Below are positions 34,123-48,066 of a stretch of DNA of 64,000 nucleotides, one piece after another. The DNA is taken from positions 18,724,001-18,788,000 of the forward strand of contig NC_045715.1 of assembly GCF_009834535.1 (NCBI RefSeq), in the 5' to 3' direction. The notes under the pieces were generated by a model. It saw nothing but the letters and a program-made list of their open reading frames with translations, did not search any database and was not told the DNA's origin. Every line of letters begins with the position of its first letter. Position 1 is the first letter of the stretch. Made by a program: the position numbers and the translations under genes. This DNA is from Camelus ferus. Lineage: Eukaryota.

Positions 34123-37100
34123 AAATACTTGGTAAGCACTATTTGTAACCTACTAACACAGAATCAGGAGTGGGTTCCTGGGAAAGAGATTGACAACTGA
34201 TAGTAACATCCCATTGATCATTAGTATCTCAAATAGCCCAGTCATTAGGAATGTCCAGGGTGCTTCATTGAGACTGAAGCCACAGGTACAACAGCTGCAG
34301 GGCTCCACTCTCAAAAGGAGTTAAAACTGTCCTCAGAAATGGTCACCTCATCAGAAGAATCAGCAGTTTTTAAAGATCTCATAGGTTTCATTCAGTTCAG
34401 GATGGCTAAAATAAATACACCAAACAATGTAAATCAATAGAATAGATTGTTTAAAAAGGAGCAAAACTGTCCAGCCCTACAGTTACCTCCGGGATGCCAT
34501 CCCCTGATCCCTTTGATTCAGGAATCACTCATCTTCACATTTCTGCATTTACACAGATCCCACCTTCCCAGCAAACCACATTCCCAAGATATTTCCATAC
34601 ATGCTGGTTCTTGGAGTCTGCCAGATTAGGTTTTCAAATACACTACAATAATAAAAAGGCAGGGAAAAGTTGAACTATACTACACACAAGCATCAGATCA
34701 GAAGTCACCTGCAAAGGAAAGGGTTGTAGTTGTAAGATGTTCCTCCCTCCTCTGTGACCCTGGTCAGGAGAGAACCCTGGCAAAAAGTAACTGTTGACTA
34801 TGAGGGTCTTACAGGTATTGCTATAAACTGATTACTGATATAGCAATGTTTTTAGAGGACCTGAGCTGATGATGTTCCCACTGTGCTGTTCTGAGGACAA
34901 AAGGCCTGGAAGAATCTATGAAGTGCTCCAGGGCATAACTCCAGAGGCTAAACCCAAATGGGATAAAATAATCTATCCAAGCCCAGGGTACAATCACTGC
35001 AGCCATTCCACAATTGTTGGTGAGAATTGAGAAGGAAACAGTCCAAATAATTTTGGTGGCAATTTATACCATCTTGTGATCTGTTATAGACAAAAGCATG
35101 GACAGTTTGGGAAGGCAGAGTGTCTAGATACCATTTGAAAACTGTTCCAGAACAATATTGAACTTGTGGGTTTTGGTATCTTAAATGATTTTTTTAATTG
35201 TAGCTGGGGACCAGAGACCTTTATTACCTGTGATTTACTCTCCCAAAATATACACATCCAAATGCCATTCAAGTGTTTACTTAAAGGAAATAAATCTGTT
35301 TTGCAACAGTGCTTTTGTGTGTCCTTAAGAGCAGAAAAGCAGTTGCTCAGCCAGAACAATAGGCTCTGTGACTTCACGAGACCTTGAGGGTTTCTGCACC
35401 AAAGAACGTTCATTGGAGGGATTTTAAAGTGACCATTAAGGTATAACTATCAGGATGTTGTTGAACAATAATGGTGAGTGGGAAATTTGTCACCATTGAG
35501 GGTGAACAGCATTCCAAAATTTTTTATACTAGTATGTATTATTATCACTATGATGCCAAAATTTTCCAAGTGTTGGTTTCAAGTGTGAATACTGAGAAGC
35601 TATCAGGGACATAGAAAGACTCCTAACCATGTGTATAATTTGCCAAACCATCATTTCCAGTTGCCAAATGACCTCTCTGTTCTAAGATCACGTGTCATGA
35701 GCATTACCAGCTTAGGGGGCTCCAGGCACAGGAGGATGTAGGTTAGCTGTCAGGATAGGGAACTGGGTGGTAATTTACATCTCCACTCTGAAATACAAGT
35801 GTGATTACCTGCACTGGGGTATGTTTTGGGAAAACCTGCATTTACATAAACACTTCTGTGATTTGTGACATTGTCAAACCTCTAATCGCCGTGGAAATAT
35901 ACACTGTTCATGACATTAAATATATACAAAACCAGCATTCCTACCCCAAAATAAATGTACACCACAAACTGAGCTTGAGTGGGTATCTAAGGGACAGACT
36001 GTCAGATTAAATTTTTCTGGGATGTTTATATTTATTATTCACAATTCAGAATTGTATGATAGTTATTTCATAATGAGATGGCTATTTGAAAAGTTTAGGC
36101 ATATACAATTTTTTTAATTAATATGCACTATATTTATTCTTTAACTTTTTTCCCAGTGAATTTGAGTGAGCTTCTACAGAACATGGGGTTTCTTGGAAAT
36201 AAGGGGCTATTTTTCATAGTTTTAGAATATGTCACTGAATTCAAAGTATACAGGGCCTTTGCAAGATGTGAGATACAAAGGCCTAGACCAATGGATGCCT
36301 CAATCAAACAATTCATAAAATAGTAGGAGGAGAGTAATCTAAATACATTTTATCCTTTTTTGGGGAGGGACTTCAGTCTCTGCTGGCAGTGTCGTCTCCC
36401 TGTGGTTCCCCTTCCTAAGCCTGGGAATGCTCTGGGGAGGCAAGGCAGAATGTAGGGAAACTGTGCCCTGCCCTCTGGCCTGGGCAGTGCCAGCAGGGAG
36501 GAGGCACTTTGCTGCATTTCTGTAGGTAAAAGGTACAGAATATGCAACAAAACTTGGGTCATATACTATTCAGATTTCATAATGTCCTCAAAAGACACTT
36601 TTTAAAAGCAACTAGGTGGCTCACAAACTTAAAATAATTAACTTCTATACCTCACATCAGTGTTTCTGCTGCTCTGTACTATATAGCACATGAGCACTAT
36701 TTGCTGTTTCTTACCAGCTAAGGGCTACCAAGGTCCCTGGCAGCAGTGCATCAGACCCTTCGCTCAGTGAGTCCTACGTACAGCCTTCTCTGAAATGAAT
36801 GTTATATAATATGACTGCCACACTGGTGAGGGTACAGTTGGGCCTTAATATCTCAATGGCTTTATTAAAATTAATGTAGCAACTTTTTCTTTAAAGTTTA
36901 TTTTATCCACAGTTTCCATACCTACTTTGATTAAAAAAACTGATAACAGTCAACCTCAACCCATGTATGTTGTAATAGCGCCAAGATCAAATGCACAAAT
37001 CAATGATATCCCTCTAGCAACTCTTAGAAAATGATAAAATGTTAGTATTCCTTACAGTGTTCCTGTGGATTGATGGTATTATTTTGGCTGTGCCTTCATG

Positions 37101-37421
37101 TTATGGATTCACATCTCTTTTTTGTAAGTAGAAATAGAATACTGTTCTCAAATAGGATTGCAAATAAGAGAAAAATGTGGAGTTTTTAAAAATAATAAAT
37201 ATAATTAAGATGCTCTAGAAATACTGAATGACCATCTCTAGAAGTTGGAATGACTCCATTAACTTAGATTTGAACACTCACTTTTGTAAGAGAATGAAGT
37301 AAGAAAAAAATCCCAAGATAACTATCAGGAAAAATTTTGGATGACACATGGGGGACACACACATACATCTAAAGACCTCAGGCATTCAAAGTCCTTGCAT
37401 TACACTGTCTTCCACCCACCA

Positions 37422-38360
37422 TCATCTGGAGTCAGAGTCCTTCCAAAACACCTTCTTCATTGCTGCCTTCACATCCTTGTTCCGCAGTGTGTATATCAGG
37501 GGGTTGATCATGGGGGAAACGACAGTGTAGAAGAGAGCTATGACCTTGCCCTGATCCTGGGAGTAGTTGTTCCTGGGCTGGGCATAAGCATAGATGGCTG
37601 TGCCATAGAACAGGGAGACCACGGTCAGGTGGGATCCACATGTCCCAAATGCTTTTCTCTGCCCTGCAGCAGACTTCATTCTTAAGATTGCCCTGGCAAT
37701 CTGAACATAGGAGAACATGATTAATGCCACAGGTATGAAAAGAATGAAGACACTGAGAAAGAAGAGCTCAGACTCATTCCTAGTGGTGTCAACACAGGCA
37801 AGCTTGAGCAAAGGAGGGACCTCACAAAAGAAGTGGTCTAATTCATTTCTGCCACAAAGTGGTAAAAGGAAGATGAGCACTGTCTGCAATAAGGAGTTGG
37901 CAAAACCAACGAGCCATGAAGCAGAAGCCATCAGGGCACAGAGACGAGGGTGCATGATCACTGTGTAGTGAAGGGGCCTGCAAACAGCTGCATAGCGGTC
38001 AAATGCCATTACTGCTAACAGAATGCATTCTGTACATCCCAACCCCAGAGAGGTGAACAGCTGAACTACACACCCACCGAAGGAGATAGATTTGTCTGCT
38101 CCACTGAGATTAACCAGGAACTGGGGAACAATGCTGGTAGTGTAACACAGGTCCAGGAAGCTTAGGTTGGAAAGGAAAAAGTACATAGGGGTGTGAAGTT
38201 GTGGGTCCACATGGGACAATGCAATGATGGTTGAGTTTCCCAGCAAAGTGAAGGTGTAGAAAATCAGAAGAACCACAAAGAGGACTAGCTCCAGTTGAGG
38301 CCTGTCAGAGAAACCTAGCAGGATAAACCCGGTGAAAGAACTTCCATTTTTCTGTTCCAT
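37422..38360 (-). CDS. OR2B8: Olfactory receptor OR2B8-like, copy A (312 aa, intact)
   Basis: [27 protein letters not shown] and C-terminal WK..DSR match recalled human OR2B8P. All OR motifs present. Acceptor AG at 38381-38382 (minus strand). Confidence 0.92.
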   Translation of the reverse strand: MEQKNGSSFTGFILLGFSDRPQLELVLFVVLLIFYTFTLLGNSTIIALSHVDPQLHTPMYFFLSNLSFLDLCYTTSIVPQFLVNLSGADKSISFGGCVVQLFTSLGLGCTECILLAVMAFDRYAAVCRPLHYTVIMHPRLCALMASASWLVGFANSLLQTVLIFLLPLCGRNELDHFFCEVPPLLKLACVDTTRNESELFFLSVFILFIPVALIMFSYVQIARAILRMKSAAGQRKAFGTCGSHLTVVSLFYGTAIYAYAQPRNNYSQDQGKVIALFYTVVSPMINPLIYTLRNKDVKAAMKKVFWKDSDSR

Positions 38361-40846
38361 CCTTTGTTAGCACGTGGGTCCTGTCAAGACAAAGCATCGA
38401 ACAATTTTTAAAAGGTATCTTTAAAAAGAAAGGGACAGTGGGAGAGGATGTGAATTTATCATGTTAAAAGGCAGGGCCATGGAATTTATATACTATTTGA
38501 ATAAATAATGTACTTTTTTTTTTTAAATTGACATGTGTCATAACAATTTAGGCAACATTATCAAAAATAGTAATAATGACACTTAATATAGGGAAATCAA
38601 ATAGTGGGCCTTGTGTCTGCATCAGTCAAACATTAAAAAGATCCCTCTCAGATTGGGTGTAATAGGATTTAAGGTGCTATGTGAATATATGTACATTTTA
38701 GAGAAAATGGGGATAGGAGAAAAAGGGAAGGGCAATCAGAAACAATGAAATATGAAAGAGACTCAGATAGGAGGAAAGGTTATTTTAAATATGAATCCCA
38801 TAATTCTACACACCTAAATTTGCACATATTCCACATGCAATAGAACACTAGATAATCTCTAAAATGCATTTAGTAATAGGAATTTATGACCTAGAATGGA
38901 CTTATACAAAGGACTAAATCATATTCAAAACATCACTAAGAGTGCTGCACATAAACATTTTGAGAGAATTGCCTCTCTACTCCTCTAATATATTATATTT
39001 GTCGATGCTACCTTCATCTTTTTGTATGGTAATAAAACAATTAAATACTCAGACAGAGCCTGAAAATACCACCAGTAAATTATACTGCTTAATTCTTGCC
39101 CTCAAGATGCCTCACCTTACTATACCAATTTAACAAGAACTCCAAAAATTCATCGGCTATATGTAGTCAGTTGAAGTCAGTAGTCCAAAATCCAGTGACC
39201 AGACTTACCTTTTCTTTCTGTTGATGTTATTTTCACATATTACCAACAACAAGACTGCGTGGTACCTTAAAGGAGGTGGATTATTCACTATCAACAAAAA
39301 CCACTAGGTATAATAAATAAGATACACGGATGTAATATACAGTGTATGGAAGACAGCCAATATTTTATAATAACTTTTTATATGAGTATAATCTCTAAAT
39401 ATATAAAATTACTATGTTGTATACCTGAAGTTATTATAATAACTCAATTTACCTCAATTAAAAAAAACTCTTACATGAGATGAAGTTGTACAATCCATTT
39501 ACTGCTTTACAGAATAACGTGTAAATTAACAAAAAAGAACGCTGAATATGATTGCAGGTTGAAAAGTAAACTACCAAGCAAAGTTACTTTGCCAACTAAA
39601 ACAGAATAAAGAAAGTAGTTGTCTCTGTACAATTATTTCCTACCCACATAGAGAGCACACTGGGACATAATGAGGACACTAATGCCATATTTTCTCTTCT
39701 TATTTTAATTTTTTTCTTTTATATTCATGAAGATTATTACTGTTTGTAACACTGGATATGGGAAATGTCTAGGTACAAGATGCATTATCCCACTGATTCT
39801 CAAGAGTACATTCTGCTGGCCTGGGTCACACTGCTCCCTTTCTACTTTTCTACTCAGCATCCATTTAACATAAAGTTGTCTACACAACCACCAAAGGCAA
39901 TCTGCCAAAACAACAAATATTTTTGGCTCAAGTTAATGAGAAATTTCCATTTCTTTCCCACCACATTTAAAGAATTGTGTAATTTCCCTGGAAGTCATCA
40001 TCTATGTCATCAATCATAAGCATCAGTTGACTAACTGTAGTAAGAAATATTGATCCATATCAGACAACTACATAAATAATAATGACTGGAAATATTAGAC
40101 ACATTCATCCTAGCATCAAGAACAAAGAATGGTGTCCTAGAGAACCAGCATGATATGACAGTGACATAGGAAGTCCTGTTATAATTATATACACATATAT
40201 ATAAATTAATACTTGGATACAAAAACAAATATTGAAAAAAGCTAAGTGAGTGTATGTAGAAAAAATTTTAAACAGCTAATATTTTTAAAATAGATTTTAT
40301 AAAACAAAGATGACATTCTGTATAACAATTATCAAAAAATAATGTCATGGAAAATGACATCTCACAAAAACACAATGCTACTATATTGATCAACAGAATG
40401 GGCATCAAATGAAAGAGGTTAAATGCTTAGTACTGACACATATCAGGTGGTAGAAGTGAATAGTTTACAATTACAATAATTGTATGATATTCACATATAA
40501 TTAAAATTTTAGTGGAAAAATAAGTATTTTAATAAAATTAATCAATATGTATACCATACATTTTTAACACAGGTGATCTCAACATAATGTCTGTTTTTGA
40601 GATATTTCAAATATACAACATTCACTGATATTTTTTACATACCAATTCTGCTCTATCCAGTTCCTCAATGAATCCTGAAAAAGTGCTGGCACTTATATTT
40701 GGGAAGTTTCTGTAGGAATTTCAGTTCCTTTTGCCAGCTGACATATACACAAACCAACTTAGCGTTTTGTTTCAAGAATAACTGCAATGGAAAAATAGTC
40801 TAATTTGCCAATTCCTAAAGCAACACAGAGACTAAGTTCCATTCTG

Positions 40847-40853
40847 CTCACCT
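40847..40853 (-). other. Candidate 5' splice donor of a non-coding exon of OR2B8 copy A (paralog at 63752-63759)
   Basis: Minus strand AAG|GTGAGC in copy A and AAG|GTGAGT in copy B, inside a ~95%-identical block. Confidence 0.4.
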
Positions 40854-41264
40854 TTATTCATCTTATCCGTGGGTCCTAAGCACTTTCCCTACCTCATTTC
40901 CAAGTTACTATCTCTAATATGGTACTGGGGATTAGAACTTGGAAATGTAGAATCAGAAAGCAGCTTGTGTGGAGTGAGTGCAAGCATTGCTTATTCTGAA
41001 ACTTCCCTTAAGCAAGAAGATGCTTTCTCATGATGACCTCAGATATCTCCAAATGATATTGAAGATCTGCATTCTGTGCAGGTTGTAAGATGAACAAAGG
41101 CAATTCCAAAGTCTCAGTATAAATCTCCTGAATACAATGACCTGGCCCTATGACACAGAGATCCCTGTGGGCAACAGGACAAGGTGGTATGAAACTGCTC
41201 TGTGATTGGGCTGGCACACAGAAACAATCAGCCCTGACTGAATTTCTGGAGAATGTTTGTCCTC

Positions 41265-41410
41265 TACTGTTAATTAGCTGATATCACCAAGCTGTCCAGA
41301 GATTCCAGTCCTCAGGGGAAAAGAATCTCAAGAAGAATACCAGAGGATACCTAATCTCCTCTTTGTTGTGATTCCATGTATTTGACAGAGGACAGAATAT
41401 TCCCTAGAAT
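41265..41410 (-). promoter_or_regulatory. Candidate OR2B8 copy A promoter (HD + O/E sites)
   Basis: TAATTA 41271-41276, CCTCAGGGG 41310-41318, TCCCTAGAA 41401-41409; about 3 kb upstream of the ATG. Confidence 0.4.
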
Positions 41411-42539
41411 TCACAGTCACCTTAGCTCTCATCTTTGAATGACTTAGATGTTTACCAACCACCTAAGATTTTTTTCTCACACTTGGAAAAACAATTTTTA
41501 CATATAAATATATAACAAATAAATAAGAATTCATTCAGCTACTTCATTTTAAATGTAAATATGCAAATGATTTTCAGTCACTGTAATTCATAACCAACTT
41601 CTACAGGATCATACAGCTAATAATTGGGCACATTCTAGTCTTTAAGGTGAATATAATGGGCGGCAACCACTACATTTACTACCAAACATCTACTGTGGCT
41701 AAGGAAAAAAAATCAAGTACTATATACATTGTTCAGTGTATACCCAAAAGTTTTAATTATTTTCTCAAACAATGAAAGGAGAAACTATTAATTTTTAACA
41801 AAACTCACATGGTTTGTTTAAATTCAACTAGTCTTTGCATTTAAGTTTCACATGATTTTGGCTTACCAAGATAGTTACCATGAACTATATAAATTGCTAA
41901 TGAAAAATGGAAGGAAGTCGATGGGTATTATATTTGTAGAAGTCAACTTTGAAAATCAGTTAATTACTTGTAAGCATATATCTTTAATTGACAATATAGG
42001 CAACAGCGTTGGAAAGCTTTGGCACTAAACAGCAAATGCAGCCTCAAAAAAAAAAAACAAAAGCCCCTTTTTCCAGGTGGGACCACATTTTGTTTCACAG
42101 AAAGAGGTGATTGCTAGTTAGCAGTATAAGCTAGCTCAGAGAAAGTCATTTAGCTTTGAAGCATCTTTTATTTCATATGTCATTAGTCAGACAAGCAGAG
42201 AAAGCTTCTGTGATTCATTTATATTCTATAGACAACTCTTCCCCATATATCCATGAATTCCAGGTTTATTTGTAATATTCAGCCTAGAGACATATCTCTT
42301 GAAAACATTCTTAGATTAGAATATTCTGTTATCTCCCTACTAGTTAAATCCCATCATAATATTTATAAGGAGGTTTAGTAAAGACAAACGCTGCTTACGT
42401 TGTCCAGAGGAGGCACAGAATCCAGACCGCTATTAATGTTTTTCTTTCCAGTTCACCCTTTGGATAGTAACTTGGCTGTTATCTAGTAATGCTGCCTGCA
42501 ATTTTCACATTCCTACCTACAGTGTCCTTCACTAAAGTA

Positions 42540-43030
42540 GTTCTTGGTCATGTGCCCCAAGAGACATGTACAAGAATGCTCATATCAGCATTGTTTGTAT
42601 TAATCAAAACCTGAAAACAATCCAAATGCCCATCCACACTAAAATTGGTAAACTGTGAACTATTCATACAACAGAAGACTGAACATCAACAAATATAGAG
42701 AAAATGCAGCTAAACACATCAAAACACTCTTTCTCAAAAAATGTTTAGCAAAAGACGCAACTCACAAAATAAGCAATCTCTCTACATATAGTTCTAAAAC
42801 GGGTAAAACAAACTGCTATTTATGAATGCAAACAGGCGTGGTAAAACCGTGGTTATAGGCAAAAATCATAACCAACACGAAAAACAACATGAAAAAGCTG
42901 AGTATAACAAAGTTAAGATCACAGGGGAGAAAAGGGGACGCGATTAGGTAGAGGCTGTCAGAGGCAGTGTCTAGGTTTGAGTTAAGGAGGGAGATATCAT
43001 GACTATTCACTTTTTAATTGCTCTTTAAAT
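42540..43030 (+). mobile_element. Old L1ME-type 3' fragment
   Basis: GACATGTACAAGAATGCTCAT..CAGCATTGTTTG...AAAACAATCCAAATGCCCATC. Confidence 0.65.
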
Positions 43031-43165
43031 TGAATATGTTTATACAAAGAGACAGAGAAGTCAGACCGAGAGAGGGACAGAGAGACAGAAAGAGAGAGGC
43101 AGACTGACAGACAGAAAGACAGACAGGGACAGAGACAGAGGCACAGAGAGACAGCCACAGGACAT
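43028..43165 (+). repeat. (GACA/GA)n purine-rich microsatellite
   Basis: AGAGACAGAGAAGTCAGACCGAGAGAGGGACAGAGAGACAGAAAGAGAG... Confidence 0.85.
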
Positions 43166-46100
43166 AAGGAACACACATAGGACAGTTACACCCACATTAC
43201 GGCCATGTTATAGGACAGCATAATAGGACAGGAACACCTCTCCACCAGGTTCCAGGACCCCATCCTCTCTGAACAGCTAGAATAGTGAGGACACACTTTT
43301 ATTTGAAATGTCTAAATTGCTATTATTCAGTAAATTAATGCACAGGCTACTTCTGGTCTGTGAGTTATTTTCAGCTGTCTGATTCTCTTCCTTAATACTA
43401 GTCCTCTATCTGAGATAAGTAGGAGTAAACGTGCAAACTTCCTAAGAAATGCAACCATCCCTGTATAGCTACCGTGCTTTTGGAAATCTGTAGGTACCAC
43501 TGATAAATGGATAAAGAGCCCAAATGGGGAATGTGGAAAAGAAAGGGCTCAGAAAAACAGAGAATTATCCAGAAGACAAATCTAGAAGGAGAAATAACAG
43601 GAACTGAGAGAGACTTTAGATATATACTGAGACTTGAGTTAAATGGAGAACAAAGACATACACTGAAAGTGAAACAGAAGGAAAATGATACGGAAAACAC
43701 TAAAATGATGGGAAAAGGGATTCTCAAAAATCAAAAACCTCAGAATGCATTGAAGTAATTACAAGAGAGATACAATATAGTGCCAGACTACAAAGCAAGC
43801 ATGTTGTTTACTCTATATTGAAAAATAATTCACTTCTTCAAGGGATTTTCACATACATGGTCATCTTACCCAAAAGATGGGACATATGGAATATACACAT
43901 TTATAGTTCCACCAAAAGTCAAGCAACAAATCTGCTCACTTTCTATTCCATGTAACAGCCAGTCACTTACCCCTCTCCTGTGCAAGATGTGACTCTGTAG
44001 GTTCCAATGTAAGCAGAGTTTCCATGGACTGGAGATGGACACTCCATTATCTTGTAAGGTTCTTGAAAAAGTCTCCCAATCTATTTCATCTTTGTGGGCA
44101 TTTTCTGGAACCTAAAGAAAATCAGGTATAGTCAGTCTTGTAGGGAAATGACTGGGAGCACTATAACCCCAAAACATGTGGAAAGAGCCCAGAGATCACA
44201 AGCTACATTTTCATCACCCACTCCCTCCCACTCCTGAAGTAGGCACTTGAATATACATGCACCCACCCATTTGCATAAAAAGCTTCCAGAACTTGGTTTA
44301 CTGTATCTTATTTCATTATTTCACCAAGGAATGATTAGTATTCCAGTTGATGTATATATATAGGAAAACAAAAAATAATATCAATTTCTTTTTGAACAGA
44401 AATGAAAATTCATTTTACTTTACTCATTTTGACACTAAATCTTTCATTCTTAACTAGTTAAACTATGTAAATTAATGACAGCTTAAATTTGACAATTATA
44501 AACACAAAGCTCACAATCACACTGAGGAAAACGTTGAATGTACAGCAAGTTGACTAAAACACTGAGAAAAGTTGATTCCCACCTTTTATAACCATTAGTC
44601 TCCACCTAGTGAGAGTGAGAGCTTATTAGAAGGAATGTTTTAAAGAGCTATTTCATAGTTCTTCTTTATAGAAAGAGCATAACTTTGGACTCTGAATATT
44701 TAGCTTCACTCTTAGCCCCATCACTTAGAAGCTGTGTCAGTTCAAGTAAGATTTTAATCTTCTTGTAATATCTAAAACAGCCAAACTCATAGAAACAGAA
44801 TAGAATGTAGGTTGACAGGGGCTGGGAGGTGAGAAAATGGGAGATTTTCATCAAAGAGTACAAAATTCTAGCTATGAATTGTTTAAGTTCTGGGGATGTA
44901 ATTTTTAAAAATGAATTGTTTTTTAAATATAAATAAAAATTTCTATTCAACAGTTTGAATTGTGAAGTGCTTTAGTTAAATTGTATTTAATTTTTGATAG
45001 TTGGTATTCTGTACCTGTTTCAATTTATTTTGTTAACAACCCATCTTCTGTTGGTGTTTGAGTTAGAGCTCCCTCTTCAGATATCTTTGCCATCTTCAAT
45101 TCCTCTGTCTCCTCTTCTTTCTACCCTCTTCCCTTGTTATATCTCAACTCCTTTCAACATGATTGTTCCTTGCATTTCACTTACCTTGTCACCGAGTCCA
45201 CCATGAAGAGAATGGTTTCTATGAATTTCCAAACAACATACTTCATATGTATAGGCAAATATTTACAAAACATTGTGCATGTATGCATAAATCTATGTGT
45301 TTGTATGGATAACAAGCCAATCTTCTATAATGAATACCATATAGTATTCTTTCTCTCCTAGTCACTTTACACCTCAGCCCTACAGAAATATTAAGTACAC
45401 AGTGAACCTAAAAGTTTTTAAAATGTTGAGGCATTTTAGACTTACTAAGTTGCTGAGGTTTCCAAGAACATTTATTTTTCAAAAATCAAAGTGAGTGTTT
45501 TCATTTGAATCCCTTCTGAGCTCCAATATCTGCTCTGAACTTTTGTCCAGACATCCCCACTTCATACCATCAAAGATTATAAGAGAAATACAAATACTGT
45601 CCCTTGAGAAACTGTAGGCCAAGTGGAAAAATCTCTGTTCTCTTACATGCATTAAGAGTATCCTTTATAAGTGAGAAAACATGGTGGCATTTATAATAAC
45701 CAAGATAATGAATTTATTAGGAAGCTGGAGGATGCAGATGATCATCTTATATAATTTCTATATATCAAAAATGCTATTCAAATTTCCTACTTGCTATTTT
45801 GTTTGTTAGTATTATAACTATGATCTTTATCATACTATATTTTCCAAAAGACTGTCCTTTCAATGTGTTAAAATTATTGATTTTGAAAAATAATTCCATA
45901 ATCCATAAGCTTCGTAAATAACTTCTTTGGGGGGAAACATTTATAGCTCTAATTTTTAAATTATATAACCATATTTGATGCAAATACAAATATGTTGTTC
46001 CTTCATTTCCAAGAAACTCTTACTTTTTTAAGTTCTTGGTTTTTTTCCTGTTTAATTTTACTGGCTAACACAACCAGAACAACGTTAATTAATGCAGAAA

Positions 46101-47929
46101 ATAACCACAACATTTTCATGTTCCCAACATATACGTGTTTGCTTCTACTAAGACTGACATGTTTACTTTTTAAATTGACATTTTAAGCTAGGGAATGTTC
46201 CTATATATGGGAACAACATGTATGTGCTTGTTTATAACATATGCATGTTTTTTCTATTTATGTAAGCAGGGAGTCATTTAAATTAGACAAATAACCACAG
46301 GATCAATAGTAACTAGATCAAAAAAAAGTAAGTGCTGATTGATCATCTTCAATGGGGAAACAAATAGAAAAGAGGTCCAAGAGCTGACTAATCCAAGGAG
46401 CCACATCAAGTGGCTAAACAGAATTGGGCTTTAATATTTCCAAAGTGGTGAATTTAAAAAAATGCCCTGAAGAAGAACATTAATTGCTCAGATTTGACTT
46501 CCTCTTTCTTGAGAGGAGAATCCTTTTTGTGTACCAACTACGAAGAAGCATTAATAAAGCACATGTATGTTGTCCATAATTCTCACAAATCACAGTGGTA
46601 TATAAAAATGACAAGTCAATGAGTTAAATAATATTGACCAAGAAAGCAAAATTAGAAAATAATTCAGATAGACATTCTAGATTTCAAGGGTGAAAAAACT
46701 AGTAAAAGGAACAAACTTAAAAGTCAGGTAATGTGACTCTAGACAGTACTCATAGCATTAGTAGTAGCCTGGCTTTAAAAGCCATACCACATCTATTTTC
46801 TAAACAAGAACAGTTCCAATCTTTTTTTAACTGAGTCTGATTTCTTTTAATCCTGCAGAAAACATATGTAGCTACCAAGCACCTCTCACTCCAAAAAGGA
46901 GAGAATCTTGAGGAGCTTCTTTAATCACTATAATTTTACTTTGTGAAATAATTGTTAAATTCTTGATGTCCTCAATTATGTTTTACATATCATCTTTTGC
47001 TAATTCTGTAAATGTGAAAACAATGCAATTATGATGCATTTCAAATGGCTTTAAACTGAGATCTCCAATTGATATCCAATAATTATAAATTGTCCCCATT
47101 TAAAAATTATGCAGTATATATGTATCACAACTAGACAAACTGTATAGATTAGTCTCTATTATTGTAATTTTAATATTTACTTTTTATTGATTTAAATCTT
47201 AAAGTTTCCAATCTTGAGACTTCTTAGGATAAATCTTAATAAAATACTAGAGTATTGCTTTGAAAACCTGTCAAGAAAATTGTAATTTTCCTTCAATATA
47301 TAGCATTTCTACCATCACATTAAAATTCATGGTAAATGTTAATGTAGAATCAGATAAGCAAAGAGAAGATAAAAATCAAATCTGTATATATTCAATGCCC
47401 AACAATAGTGATATTTTTCTTTATTAACATCTCTCTAACACTTTTATTTAATCTTATAGACAATGGTAGCCAAAACTATTTTTAAGAACGAAGGAATGTG
47501 ATAATGCAGTTTATGAAAAAGAATTCAGATAACACTACGAAATCTGACAGTTGGTTTGGTTGGTAGATATCGTATGAGATTAATTACATGATTCATGCAA
47601 GGGTAAAATGATCTTAGCTATTATAGTAATAACAAGTGGAAAATGTGTGAATGTAGTCTAAGTACATGCCAGAGACAATCAATAAAGCTTAGATTCAATG
47701 TTGGGGCCAAAAGGAAGGATCAAGTATAATTCAAGGGGTTCTCACTGAGCTTACTAAGTGTTTGGTATTGACATTCTGAAAATCTGACATGCAAACAAGA
47801 GCTGTTTTCAGAAGATGAAAGTTAGATTGTAAAAATCACTAAAATTTTAGAGTTCATAAATAATCCATGTGTAAATGGGCCAGATTCCATTTGCTTTAGT
47901 CTAGAACTAAAGAGGCGGTCTAGAGTTAT

Positions 47930-48066
47930 AATATTCAGTATCTTGCAGTAAACTATATTGAAAAAGAATATGAAAATGAATATATGTGTGTATATGTGTG
48001 ACTGAAACATTATGCTGTACACCAGAAATTGACACAACATTATAAACTGACTATACTTCAATTAAA
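47930..48066 (+). mobile_element. Short L1 3' end (older cetartiodactyl-type tail)
   Basis: GAAAAAGAATATG...ACTGAAACATTATGCTGTACACCAGAAATTGACACAACATTATAAACTGACTATACTTCAATTAAAAA. Confidence 0.75.

Larger units (their letters stand above)
33411..41090 (+). repeat. Segmental duplication copy A (paralogous to 56694-64000); right end not visible in the window
   Basis: Collinear direct homology starting GTACTTATTTCAGAAAAC at 33411 and 56694. It continues through the OR2B8-like genes to the window end (64000 corresponds to 41090). Confidence 0.95.

Noticed and set aside
34830-34880. AMFLEDL resembling the end of a SCAN domain (ZSCAN genes neighbour this cluster in human)
   Set aside because: Upstream SCAN motifs are absent and the frame is closed by stops.
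37341-37968. Antisense and alternate-frame ORFs over OR genes (also at 9781-10211, 52485-53335, 58840-59460)
   Set aside because: Shadow ORFs typical of OR codon usage. Their recurrence in both paralogs just reflects the duplication.
43398-43758. 83-aa and 109-aa ORFs in purine-rich DNA
   Set aside because: Compositional bias explains the lack of stops; no motif or gene structure.
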